Assembly (NCBI GenBank): GCA_965208595.1
Contig: OZ242346.1
Location: 2,112,735 to 2,176,734 of the forward strand
Source of the DNA: Nitrospirales bacterium
GTDB taxonomy: Bacteria > Nitrospirota > Nitrospiria > Nitrospirales > UBA8639
Length of the DNA stretch: 64,000 nucleotides
Reading direction: 5' to 3'
In this document: piece after piece, positions 1 to 9,882 of the stretch
How the letters are laid out: each line of letters starts with the position of its first letter
Numbering within the stretch: position 1 is the stretch's first letter
Notes under the pieces: model-generated
What the model was told of the DNA's origin: nothing
What the model saw: only the letters and a program-made list of their open reading frames with translations
Database searches by the model: none
Position numbers and translations under genes: made by a program

Positions 1-1
1 A

Positions 2-1843
2 TTTGATCGCGAGGGCGATCACGGCGGGATTGCGCAACTGCACGCGGCCTGCCGGCCCTATCGTCTGTCCGGTGATCCCGTGGTCGCGACTGAACCGGAG
101 CACCAACGGAATCTCTGGAAAGCCAGAAAAGCTCTCTATCCCACGCTGTACCGGTACGACGCCAGGAAAAAGCCCATCAACTATGTCGATGACGTAGTCG
201 TGCCCGCGGAACACATGGGCGAGTTAATCCGCTACCTGGATCAGGTCTTCGGTCCCGCAAAGGTCCGGGTGGCGATTTTCGGACATATCGGGAATGGCAA
301 CGCCCACGTCGTGCCGTTGTTGGACGTAAATGACGAGCACGATTTTCAGCGCATGGTGGAAACGTACTACGAGGTGCATGAGACGATTCTTGATCGGTTC
401 CGGGGCTCCATTTGCGGGGAACACGGGGACGGCCGCGTCCGTGCCGAAATGGTCAAGCGGATGTTCGGCGACGAGTTGTATGGGCTCTTCGTGCAGGTCA
501 AGCAGGCCATGGACCCCGCCGGAATTTTGAATCCCGGCGTGAAAATTAGCGAAACCGCCTTTACCGAACACATCGACTTCGAACGGTTGGGGAAATCCTG
601 CGCCACGTGCGCGAAGTGTAATGCGGTCTGCCCGGTGTATGACGTGTTTCAATCCGAAGACATGAGCTCCCGGGGATGGTATGAGATCGTGACCGCCCCG
701 GACTACAGTTATCTGGAATCCAAGCGCGTGGTGGAGGCATGCCTGAATTGCAAATCGTGCCGGACCATCTGCCCGGCGGACGTGGACGTGTCCGAACTGA
801 TTCTGCAACGACGCGCGGAACATCCGAACGCCCTCGCCGGAAAAATCTTTGCCCTGCACGCGCAACAGGAGCGGTTCGGTACGTTGATCAAGCTGGCCGC
901 GAAAACGCAAGCGCTCTGGGACCGGCCGCTGCTCCGGAAAATCGGCGAAGTCCTGTTGCGACCGTTCCTGGCGCGCCTCTCCGAACGTGCCCGGCTGCCC
1001 TGGAACATGAAACTGCCGCGCCTGGCGACGTCGCTGTTACGTGAACGGCATGATGCGCTGTGCGTGTCGTCTTCTCCTGTTACCGTTCCGGGCGACGCGG
1101 GCGGTGCTGGACCGCAAGAAGGCGGCTCTCCGGCGAGGGTAGCCTATTTTCACGGCTGCGCCGCGAATTATTTCGACGATGGTGTGGGTGACGCCGTGAT
1201 CAACGTCCTGGGGCAATACGGTGTGACGCCCGACCTCCCGCCGCAACGCTGCTCAGGGACACCCATTGAAACGTATGGGCATCGGACCTTGGCCAAGGAC
1301 GGGGCCCGGTATAACGTCAACAACTTCGCCGGATATGACGTGATCGTCACGGGGTGTGCGTCCTGTACCCTGGCGCTCAAGGATTATGCCGGGCTCTTCC
1401 AGGGTGAACCCGAGGAGCCACAGGCCAAGCGGGTTTCGCAAAACGTGAAGCATATCGCGGAATACGTTATGGAGTTGGACCCTGATCGTTCGAAACCGGC
1501 CGGGTCGAACGGGACGCGCAAGGTCACGTATCATTCGTCCTGTCACTTGCGCGCGGCTGGCGTGACCTCCCAGCCCCGGCAGTTGCTGGCCACGACCCCC
1601 GGCCTCGACTACGTCGAGATGCAGGATGCCGACCGCTGTGCGGGCGGCGCGGGTACCTACATCGTGAAGGACTATGACACCGCACAAGAGATTTTCACAC
1701 GGAAGCGACGGGCGATCGAACAAAGCGGCGCGGAGATTGTGGCGACCAGTTGCCCGGCCTGCATGATTCAATTGAAAAACGGCTTGCCCGACGGCACGAA
1801 AGTCAAGCATATTGCCCAGATCCTGGACGAATCGGCCCGATAG
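2..1843 (+). CDS. FAD-linked oxidase C-terminal domain fused to a Fe-S/CCG-type (GlcD/GlcF-like) oxidoreductase. It is 5'-partial, because the frame is open from the window edge.
   Basis: The frame is open from nt 2. There is a GEHGDGR motif and a 'MDPAGILNPGVK' tail typical of FAD-oxidase C-terminal domains. Two CxxCxxCxxxCP ferredoxin-like motifs follow (CATCAKCNAVCP, CLNCKSCRTICP), then Cys-rich CCG-like repeats. Confidence 0.8.
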   Translation, partial: FDREGDHGGIAQLHAACRPYRLSGDPVVATEPEHQRNLWKARKALYPTLYRYDARKKPINYVDDVVVPAEHMGELIRYLDQVFGPAKVRVAIFGHIGNGNAHVVPLLDVNDEHDFQRMVETYYEVHETILDRFRGSICGEHGDGRVRAEMVKRMFGDELYGLFVQVKQAMDPAGILNPGVKISETAFTEHIDFERLGKSCATCAKCNAVCPVYDVFQSEDMSSRGWYEIVTAPDYSYLESKRVVEACLNCKSCRTICPADVDVSELILQRRAEHPNALAGKIFALHAQQERFGTLIKLAAKTQALWDRPLLRKIGEVLLRPFLARLSERARLPWNMKLPRLATSLLRERHDALCVSSSPVTVPGDAGGAGPQEGGSPARVAYFHGCAANYFDDGVGDAVINVLGQYGVTPDLPPQRCSGTPIETYGHRTLAKDGARYNVNNFAGYDVIVTGCASCTLALKDYAGLFQGEPEEPQAKRVSQNVKHIAEYVMELDPDRSKPAGSNGTRKVTYHSSCHLRAAGVTSQPRQLLATTPGLDYVEMQDADRCAGGAGTYIVKDYDTAQEIFTRKRRAIEQSGAEIVATSCPACMIQLKNGLPDGTKVKHIAQILDESAR

Positions 1844-1870
1844 GCGCAAGAGTCCGACCTGCTCGGCTTT

Positions 1871-1887
1871 TTCCCCTCCTTTGTAAG
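1871..1887. repeat. REP-B hairpin, left arm, separated from its right arm by the IS110 insertion
   Basis: ttcccctcctttgtaag matches 16/17 to the reverse complement of the intact copy at 16692-16730. Confidence 0.8.
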
Positions 1888-1905
1888 CAACTGTCTGGGT
1901 GGGGA

Positions 1906-3022
<1,117 letters not shown>

Positions 3023-3068
3023 TATCGGTGAATAAAATAGCATGCAGTATACACCCTTTCTTAGATAC

Positions 3069-3093
3069 AAGGAGGGGCAAGGGGAGGTAGAGG
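3069..3093. repeat. REP-B hairpin, right arm plus tail
   Basis: aaggaggggcaaggggaggtagagg is the exact 25/25 reverse complement of 16692-16716. Confidence 0.9.
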
Positions 3094-3095
3094 CA

Positions 3096-3123
3096 TTGAC
3101 AGACGAAAATGTCGGATTACATT
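3096..3123 (+). promoter_or_regulatory. Sigma70-like promoter for the 92-aa ORF
   Basis: TTGACA (3096-3101), a 16-nt spacer, then TACATT (3118-3123). A strong AAGGAGG Shine-Dalgarno sequence lies just before the ATG at 3179. Confidence 0.45.
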
Positions 3124-3178
3124 ACGCTAAGCCTACCTACGGGCGCGATCTAGGGCTCGCAGAAGGAGGGATTTCATC

Positions 3179-3457
3179 ATGGTAACGATACGAGTGTTCG
3201 GACAGGTTCTGCTCCCTTGCGTGGATGAACCCGAGATTCAATGTGAGATCTCCGAACCAGTCAGTGTGCGGGCATTATTGGAAGGCAACCCGGAAACCCT
3301 GGGCGGGTTGATGGAATTCCTACGAAAAGGCGAATTGATGGTCACGATAAATCAAAAAATCAGCACCCTGGAATCGATTGTCAACGACGGCAACGTGGTG
3401 AAATTGACGCACCAGTTCAACCCGGAACACGAAGGGGCCTTGTGGCATAATCCGTAA
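3179..3457 (+). CDS. Small MoaD/ThiS-like (beta-grasp) hypothetical protein without a C-terminal GG
   Basis: It has a strong Shine-Dalgarno sequence. Its layout resembles MoaD ('MVTIRVFGQ...VSVRALLE...VTINQK...NDGNVVKL'), but it ends ...HEGALWHNP rather than GG. Confidence 0.5.
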   Translation: MVTIRVFGQVLLPCVDEPEIQCEISEPVSVRALLEGNPETLGGLMEFLRKGELMVTINQKISTLESIVNDGNVVKLTHQFNPEHEGALWHNP

Positions 3458-3515
3458 CCGGATTCCCGATCCATTATCTTTTCTCCCTCGACTGGACAGG
3501 ACAAAGCCCCCGACT

Positions 3516-3555
3516 CTCCTCTCCCTTGATGGGAGAGGATTAAGGTGAGGGTGAG
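3516..3555 (+). repeat. REP-A element, subfamily A2
   Basis: ctcctctcccttgatgggagaggattaaggtgagggtgag. The hairpin is cctctccc/gggagagg. It is a near-copy of 22417-22456. Confidence 0.8.
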
Positions 3556-3728
3556 AAAGTCATCCTCGGCGTCCGCAGGGCATGCGTAATCGGCCGGACG
3601 GTTCCCCGTATTCAACCTTCTTTATAACCCCCTACCCCAGGCCACAGAGAAAAAGCCATTAGATTTAAAAGACTTATGAAATCCGATACGTTCCGGAAAG
3701 GCGGAAGCTGATTGGCTCCCATTTGGTT

Positions 3729-3761
3729 GGACAAATTGAAAATTCTAGTTGCAATTTGTCC
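3729..3761. promoter_or_regulatory. Perfect 10-bp inverted repeat upstream of the ATPase gene, either an operator or a 5'-UTR hairpin
   Basis: ggacaaattg-N13-caatttgtcc, ending 25 nt before the ATG at 3786. Confidence 0.35.
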
Positions 3762-3785
3762 ATCTCTGTTGGTATCTTGGCTTAC

Positions 3786-4958
3786 ATGATCAAGCGCGAG
3801 ATTACGCCCTGTCTGGTCAAGTTATTCCAACAATACCCCTTTGTCACCGTGACTGGGCCTCGTCAGTCTGGCAAGACCACGCTCTGCCGTGCGGCCTTTC
3901 CCCATCTCAAGTACGTCAATCTGGAGGCACCCGACCAGCGGGAATTTGCCGAATCCGATCCCCGGAGCTTTCTCTTGCAACTCGGTGTGGGAGCCATTTT
4001 GGATGAAATCCAGCGCGTCCCGGAGCTTTTGTCCTATCTGCAGGTGCTTGCCGACGAGGAAGGACGGAACAGCCTTTTCGTGCTCACAGGGAGCGAGCAG
4101 TTCAGGCTCTCCGATGCCATCAGCCAGTCGCTGGCAGGGCGAACGGCACTGCTTCGTCTGCTACCCTTCTCCCTGGCCGAACGACAACGAACGGGCGCCG
4201 GCACTGCGGCAAATGATATTCTGTATTCGGGTTTCTATCCGCGAATTCACGATCAGGGACTCGACCCGCGGCAGGCGCTCGGCGATTACTTCGAAACGTA
4301 CTGCGAGCGCGACGTGCGCGGGTTGAGCGAAATCCGCAACCTGTCGACTTTTCGACGTTTCGTCCGCTTGTGCGCCGGGCGTGTGGGACAGCTTGTCAAT
4401 CTTGCCTCACTGGGGGCGGACGCCGGTGTCTCCCACACCACGGCGCGACATTGGCTCACAGTGTTGGAGGCCAGCTACATTCTTTTCCAGCTACCGCCGT
4501 TTCACGTCAATGTTCGCAAGCGGCTGGTCAAGTCACCCAAGCTCTATTTCTACGACGTGGGGCTGGCGAGCTATCTCATTGGCATCGAGCGCGCCGAGCA
4601 GATGGCGACCCATCCCTTACGCGGGGCGCTCTTCGAGAATGCCGTCGTGGCGGAGACGCTCAAGCACCGTTTCAATCGGGGGCAGCGATCCAATCTGTCA
4701 TTTTTCCGCGACAGGCGGGGGTTGGAATGCGACCTTCTGTATGAGACCGGCCACGGCATCGGTGCCATTGAGATCAAATCCGGCGCCACGATTGCCTCCG
4801 ATTCCTTCGATGGGCTGAGACGGACCGCGGAACTGGTGCCGCAAATCAACGCGAAAGCGCTCGTCTACGGCGGCACGGCTCGTCAGTCCCGACGTGACGG
4901 TGAGGCGGTACCGTTAGAGTCACTCAATAAGATGCTTGAGCGCTGGGAGAAGATGTAA
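3786..4958 (+). CDS. AAA+ ATPase of the COG1373 / DUF4143 type
   Basis: Walker A is 'GPRQSGKTT' and Walker B is 'AILDEIQ'. The C-terminal region has the DUF4143 layout. I prefer the ATG at 3786 over the TTG at 3723. Confidence 0.85.
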   Translation: MIKREITPCLVKLFQQYPFVTVTGPRQSGKTTLCRAAFPHLKYVNLEAPDQREFAESDPRSFLLQLGVGAILDEIQRVPELLSYLQVLADEEGRNSLFVLTGSEQFRLSDAISQSLAGRTALLRLLPFSLAERQRTGAGTAANDILYSGFYPRIHDQGLDPRQALGDYFETYCERDVRGLSEIRNLSTFRRFVRLCAGRVGQLVNLASLGADAGVSHTTARHWLTVLEASYILFQLPPFHVNVRKRLVKSPKLYFYDVGLASYLIGIERAEQMATHPLRGALFENAVVAETLKHRFNRGQRSNLSFFRDRRGLECDLLYETGHGIGAIEIKSGATIASDSFDGLRRTAELVPQINAKALVYGGTARQSRRDGEAVPLESLNKMLERWEKM

Positions 4959-5127
4959 TGATATCCACGCTACGAGGCTACGTGGAAGCGATGCGGTCAG
5001 ACGTCGGCTAACGCGACCTTGCCGTTTTTCCTTCGCGCACATAACCTCTCAAACGTGTGCCGGAGGTCCGGATTACAGGGAGTGGCACCAAGGTCGCCAG
5101 GTCCAGCGCCGTGCATCAGGAGAAGCC

Positions 5128-5988
5128 ATGAATCCTCGGAAGAGCGTGTCAACAGCCCTGACGTTGTTTGTCATTTTTGCACTCGAAGTCTCAATACAGG
5201 CCGAGGAAGGGTTTTTCTCGAAAGACACCCTCCCGCCGGCTCTGTCCTTTGCTTGGGACGCCACCTTTATTGTTTATGATTCCAAAACAAGAGGACGTAA
5301 TGGAACGGCATTTGTTATTGAAAAAGAAAATCTGAGTTATGACCGCACACGCTTAACCCTGCTCAGCGCAGACCATGTGGTCCAGAAAATGTGCGGTCGA
5401 GGCCTCGGTTTTTGCGATATGGTTCTCAGTGCCAGTGTGGGATTTGATCGAGAAACTCGAAGTAATATTCTCATGGATCGCAAAGAGCGCACCATTTACG
5501 AAGCCCGGATCACGAATCGTGCCCCCAAATACGACCTAACTGTTTTGAAAGTCACTGTGGACCGAGACAAATATGAATCGATCCAGCCTATTCCCCTTGC
5601 AAATTGCAATGAACTTTATATGGATGAAGAGATCTATATGATCGGCTTCCCCCAGACAAACAGGCGAACCGCTGAGGGAGCCAAATTTATTGAAAAAGCC
5701 CAACAACGTATCCGAAGGTGGAGCCGCGGCTATATTATGGAGCGTGTTGAACCCGGAAGGTGGAATGAACATTCTGTCTCTCAACTCGGCACAACAGCGG
5801 ATGCCTTGGAGGGCTCTTCAGGAGGCCCCGCCCTTAATAATAAGGGAGAATTTTGGGGCCTTCTAAGCCAAACGCTCAGATTAGCATCCAAAGAGAACTA
5901 CCCCTATTTAGGCCGTAAGGAAAACTCCAGAAGGCCACACTCCCTGGTTGTGGAGTGCTGGCATATAGAGAAATTCCTCTCCCTTTGA
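5128..5988 (+). CDS. Secreted trypsin-like (S1 / Trypsin_2) serine protease
   Basis: The signal peptide is MNPRKSVSTALTLFVIFALEVSIQA. The candidate triad is 'SADHVV', 'YDLTVLKV' and 'GSSGGPAL'. The region upstream of the ATG at 5128 does not look protein-like. Confidence 0.75.
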   Translation: MNPRKSVSTALTLFVIFALEVSIQAEEGFFSKDTLPPALSFAWDATFIVYDSKTRGRNGTAFVIEKENLSYDRTRLTLLSADHVVQKMCGRGLGFCDMVLSASVGFDRETRSNILMDRKERTIYEARITNRAPKYDLTVLKVTVDRDKYESIQPIPLANCNELYMDEEIYMIGFPQTNRRTAEGAKFIEKAQQRIRRWSRGYIMERVEPGRWNEHSVSQLGTTADALEGSSGGPALNNKGEFWGLLSQTLRLASKENYPYLGRKENSRRPHSLVVECWHIEKFLSL

Positions 5989-6100
5989 GGGTACCCAAGC
6001 TGGCGTGACAGCGCTAGTCCAACGGTAGAGGATGTCTTGGACATTTCGTCTCGGGGTCAGGAAATATCGATTTCAGAGGCTCGTGTGGCATGCCGGACAC

Positions 6101-6146
6101 GCGACGCCTGTCCTGAGCCCTTCGACAAGCTCAGGACAGGCGTCGC
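6101..6146. repeat. REP-C element, a perfect 18-bp stem hairpin
   Basis: gcgacgcctgtcctgagc-ccttcgacaa-gctcaggacaggcgtcgc. It shares cccttcgacaagctcagg...acaggc with 15107-15146. Confidence 0.85.
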
Positions 6147-6187
6147 AAAGCGAAGTCGAAGGGCTAAGCCGACTGACTAACTTTTTC

Positions 6188-6297
6188 TTTCCCCTCCTTT
6201 GGTGCACATAGGCAATGCCGCGCATGATAGCATCAGAGTCTAGCCAATCACATGGGACAGTACACTTTGGAATGAGGGGCGAAGAGGAGGTAGAGGT
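6188..6297. repeat. REP-B copy whose two arms are split by about 70 nt
   Basis: tttcccctcctttgg (6188-6202) ... gaggggcgaagaggaggtagagg (6275-6297). CTTTGG lies at both edges of the filler (6197-6202 and 6265-6270). Confidence 0.55.
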
Positions 6298-6500
6298 TCT
6301 AGAGAGCAACATTATTATCAGTGGCCAAGGCCTCTCATCAGTTGTAGCGGCGGCATCTTATGCCGCTTGGAGGGGCCGCTTGGAAGATGCGCCATAAGAT
6401 GGCGCATCTGCAAATATAGTTTCTACGTTTTGGTTAAGTGAGTGTTTCATTCATAGGACCCCTCGCAACATGATTTAACTACGCTGAGTGATTTTATCCA

Positions 6501-8072
6501 TCAATTCTCTGCCTTACGTCCTGCCCAAAAGGTCTTCACGTCGAAGTCGTTGCCTTTTTCTTCCAATGTAGCGCAGAGTATTCGGCTTCCATCGCTTCTA
6601 ATGTTTACTAACCCATAAACCAAGTCCGTGGAGACAGGTGTATGTGAGAAGTGGCGATATCTTTCACCTTTGGGCTGAACTTGCGCACGATCTGCGGCGT
6701 ACGACCGATACCGCGTTGACGGTTTGTTGTCATGATCTACGCGGACACGCTCGGCAGGCCTGAGCTGTATTGACCGTGCAAGCTCAGTTGAATAAATCAG
6801 TGGAGGTATGGTTTTGTCATCGGTTCTCACGACTTGACGGCCAAAGAAGCCACAGGCACCTAGAACAACTGGTCTTGGATGAGCGTAATCTTCATTATCA
6901 CCTGAGGAGATGACGGTAGTACGCGCTTGCATGGCTTCGATGAAGCGCATGTCAATGTCCTCCGATCCGTGATGACACCCCTTGGCCACATCCGTAGCGA
7001 ATTCTTCTCTGTCAATGTAGCTCAGGAGCAATCGCTGCGATTCTGCGTTTAGATCACCGGTCATAAGGATTTTAGCATCGCCATAGTCGAAGCGGAGCAA
7101 GATTGAGTGGCCATTGCTCGTTTTTGAGTATGATGAAAATTTTCGGAGGCCAATTTGACAATGTCCGTTTTCATCTTCGAATTTCTCTAGAACTGGAGCC
7201 AAGAGCCGAATTGAAAATTTCTTGCCGTCAGGGCCTTTAACATTGTTATCTGGAGCATATCCGGGAAACCAACCTAGTTGCCCATCTATTAAACCAAGCC
7301 GCTTGACCTTTTGGGCTTTGTCCACCACGAGAGATGCAAGATCGGCGAACGAGCCATCAAAAGGGTGATACGGAGTCTCAAAGCTATCTTTTCCGTCTAA
7401 CAGCTCTACAATAAAGCGAGCATGCTTTCGAATCCTGTATCCACCGATCGGAAAGCCATCGATTGTGCCCTCTATGGTTTGTCCCAAGGCATCGGCCGCG
7501 TTGAAGCGACCCATACCGGAGTGATAGAAGGTGTCGACCGAGATGGGATATAGCTTCTCGCTATCTCCCAGGTCACCTGAGAGAATATCTAGCATGCCCC
7601 CGTAGTGATCAAAGTCCGGATGGCTCATGGTGATCGTTGACAGGTGTGCGGAACGACACAGATCACTCTTGAACTTCCAGCGAATGAAGTTTGAAACGCC
7701 TTTTCCGGTCATTTGTCGGCTATTGGAAATGCCAGCATCAATCAGATGCCACTTGTCATCAGGAGTGCGGATTAGGATTCCATCTCCTTGTCCAACATCG
7801 ATTATGTAGAACTCTAAAAGACTGTGCTCGGTTGTGAATGCAGTCGGAACCCAACCAGGTTTCGATCGACCACGAGCAAAAACCTCAGTGTGTCCACGCT
7901 CTTTCTTTCCTGTTGGATGCAGACAGTCACCCCAGATCAACTCACAGATGCGCGAACCAGCACTTCTCCCCGGTTTGCTTCGGAAATCCAACCGGAACTT
8001 TCCATCACAATCATTAAGGTGGAGCATCGGTAGCGATTTAACTGAAGAACATTGGGCAGCCATTTGGTTCAC
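6501..8072 (-). CDS. Stand-alone ComEC/Rec2-type metallo-beta-lactamase-fold hydrolase, a putative nuclease
   Basis: The motifs are 'FYIIDVGQGDGILI', 'SHPDFDHYGG', 'MTGDLN', 'KGCHHGSED' and 'YAHPRP'. I see no TM segments and no signal peptide. Confidence 0.8.
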   Translation of the reverse strand: MNQMAAQCSSVKSLPMLHLNDCDGKFRLDFRSKPGRSAGSRICELIWGDCLHPTGKKERGHTEVFARGRSKPGWVPTAFTTEHSLLEFYIIDVGQGDGILIRTPDDKWHLIDAGISNSRQMTGKGVSNFIRWKFKSDLCRSAHLSTITMSHPDFDHYGGMLDILSGDLGDSEKLYPISVDTFYHSGMGRFNAADALGQTIEGTIDGFPIGGYRIRKHARFIVELLDGKDSFETPYHPFDGSFADLASLVVDKAQKVKRLGLIDGQLGWFPGYAPDNNVKGPDGKKFSIRLLAPVLEKFEDENGHCQIGLRKFSSYSKTSNGHSILLRFDYGDAKILMTGDLNAESQRLLLSYIDREEFATDVAKGCHHGSEDIDMRFIEAMQARTTVISSGDNEDYAHPRPVVLGACGFFGRQVVRTDDKTIPPLIYSTELARSIQLRPAERVRVDHDNKPSTRYRSYAADRAQVQPKGERYRHFSHTPVSTDLVYGLVNIRSDGSRILCATLEEKGNDFDVKTFWAGRKAEN

Positions 8073-8203
8073 TTCCTATGCTTGTTGGAGTGAATTTGTC
8101 TGGCATTAGACTAATTGGGCCTGAATCGGATTCATAGCGGCAGACACGATTAAATTGATCGGTCTTGGTCCTCGCTGGCATGCGGTAGTAGCATCGAGAA
8201 GTT

Positions 8204-8584
8204 TTACTCCTGAAAAACCTTAGTTAGCGATTTCGTCTCATTGAGAAATTGAGAAAGCTCCTTAAACCTCGGTGAGTTTTTCTTGAGCTTCTTGCGTGCT
8301 TTTTTGATTACCTTTTTTATTCTGTCAAGAGTTTCGATGATCTGACGAGCGTCCTCGCTCGACTCCTGGATTTTTCCGATGAGCTTCTCGATCTTTTCGT
8401 TGTTCTTGATGTATTGGCTTTGGTAGAGGTCGGTGTCGAGATCCTGGAGTTCCCACCGCACCGCATTAAGGCTGTCCCACTCGTTCGCATCTCTGGTGTC
8501 CATCTGTAGCTCGAGAGCACGAATGCGCTTGCGATCAATCTTGTGGCGCAGTTCCGCTACCGTACTTTGTTTGCTAAGGGTCAT
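8204..8584 (-). CDS. Hypothetical coiled-coil protein, 126 aa
   Basis: It is charged and heptad-rich, with a lysine-rich stretch ('IKKVIKKARKKLKKN'). It starts 30 nt after the stop of the upstream gene, on the same strand. Confidence 0.55.
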   Translation of the reverse strand: MTLSKQSTVAELRHKIDRKRIRALELQMDTRDANEWDSLNAVRWELQDLDTDLYQSQYIKNNEKIEKLIGKIQESSEDARQIIETLDRIKKVIKKARKKLKKNSPRFKELSQFLNETKSLTKVFQE

Positions 8585-8614
8585 GTTCTCGATCTCCTAT
8601 CTCACTGATTGCCC

Positions 8615-9550
8615 TTACATCTCGGAGCGGATCGATTCGATAGCCGCCTTGGTCGACGACACTTGCTCTCTGAAGCTTCTGATGCGGAATGCCCAATCAG
8701 CCGGTTTGTCGACCACTGCCTTCTCGATCAGAGCACCTTGCGCTTTCACCACGGCATCGAACGCATCAGCTATGGCGGTGCGCTCAATCCGTTTCTCGAT
8801 TGCCGTGAGCTCAGCAACACGCTGTGCTATCGATGCTCGAGAGTCGTTGCTGGCAGACTTGAATGCAGGCTTATCCATGAACATCTCGATTGCCTGCTTA
8901 GCATTATGCGTCTCCCGCATTGCATTGTCCTGAGCCGCTATCGCCTCCGTTTTCAGGACTGACAGCAATTCCAGTATTGTATTGTTACACTTGCCGATTG
9001 TCTGGACGATGGCCCGCTCTCGGATGACTTTGGAGACCAATCCAATGATCTCGTTCAAGACACCGACATATTGCTGAAGTGGACCAGAAAATTGCCCGAC
9101 TTTGGTGACAGGGTTGGCTGTCGACTTGATGTCCTTTGCTGTCTCCAAAACCTTCGAGATGTCGCCAACAAGACCTGTCATCTCCAAGGTAATCGCCTCA
9201 GTGGACTCGTCGGAGGCGAGGCTAACCAGGATATCAGCGTAACCTTGTAGCGCGGAGAACGCCTTCTCACGTAGTGGGCGAAGGTGCTCATGGATGTCCT
9301 TTTGGCGTCGCGCCGCCATCTTCGAGATAAACGGAGCGATGTTGGCGCCAGACGGAGCATTCAAAATGGCGATCTGGTCTTCAAGGTCTTGATGTCTGAT
9401 GCGCGCCTGATTGGAAATCTCCCATTCCAGGAAGTAAGCGCGCCTGAGATCGGCTGACGCGGTTTGGAAGTCCTCGGCTGGCCCCTTATATTGAGCCGGG
9501 TTGCAGGCGCATAGCAACATCGTGCAGCAAATGAGAAACCACTTTCCCAC
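8615..9550 (-). CDS. All-helical putative lipoprotein; the start is uncertain
   Basis: The maximal ORF runs to 9802. A GTG at 9550 gives 'VGKWFLICCTMLLCAC' with a lipobox-like LCAC. Alternative starts are at 9622 and 9520. None of the candidate starts has a clear Shine-Dalgarno sequence. Confidence 0.5.
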   Translation of the reverse strand: MGKWFLICCTMLLCACNPAQYKGPAEDFQTASADLRRAYFLEWEISNQARIRHQDLEDQIAILNAPSGANIAPFISKMAARRQKDIHEHLRPLREKAFSALQGYADILVSLASDESTEAITLEMTGLVGDISKVLETAKDIKSTANPVTKVGQFSGPLQQYVGVLNEIIGLVSKVIRERAIVQTIGKCNNTILELLSVLKTEAIAAQDNAMRETHNAKQAIEMFMDKPAFKSASNDSRASIAQRVAELTAIEKRIERTAIADAFDAVVKAQGALIEKAVVDKPADWAFRIRSFREQVSSTKAAIESIRSEM

Positions 9551-9882
9551 ATCAGGCAGCTTGATCTGATAGTTTATGTTTAGATTCCGCGAATAGGCTG
9601 TCTTAGATACTCTTGGCGACATCGAGTCAAGCGCATACACGGAATTGGCACCTTGCCTTGGAGTGAAATCGGCACTTCCTAGGAAAACAGGGGATGTTCT
9701 TTCAACTCGCCGTTCATTTTTTAGCAAGATCTGCACCATAGTCCTGACGCTCGGCACGAACACAAAGATTTTCGACGTTCCCCCATGCCACTTTGATTTC
9801 ACACACCAGAGCGCTTCAGTTTAATCGGACCGGATTGTCACGAAGATTTCTAAACATTCGTTGGATAAATCGGATCAAATAT

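Noticed and set aside
3179-3457. The 92-aa beta-grasp ORF as the ubiquitin-like component of a Bil or CBASS-type conjugation defence system
   Set aside because: It has no C-terminal Gly-Gly, and there are no E1, E2 or JAB/DUB genes anywhere nearby.
6350-6409. Two small perfect hairpins (gcggcat-ctt-atgccgc and agatgcgccat-aag-atggcgcatct) as sRNA or terminator candidates
   Set aside because: Neither has a flanking T-tract, a promoter or an adjacent gene end. They lie in what looks like decayed intergenic DNA between the protease gene and the MBL gene. I noted them, but there is no support for a function.
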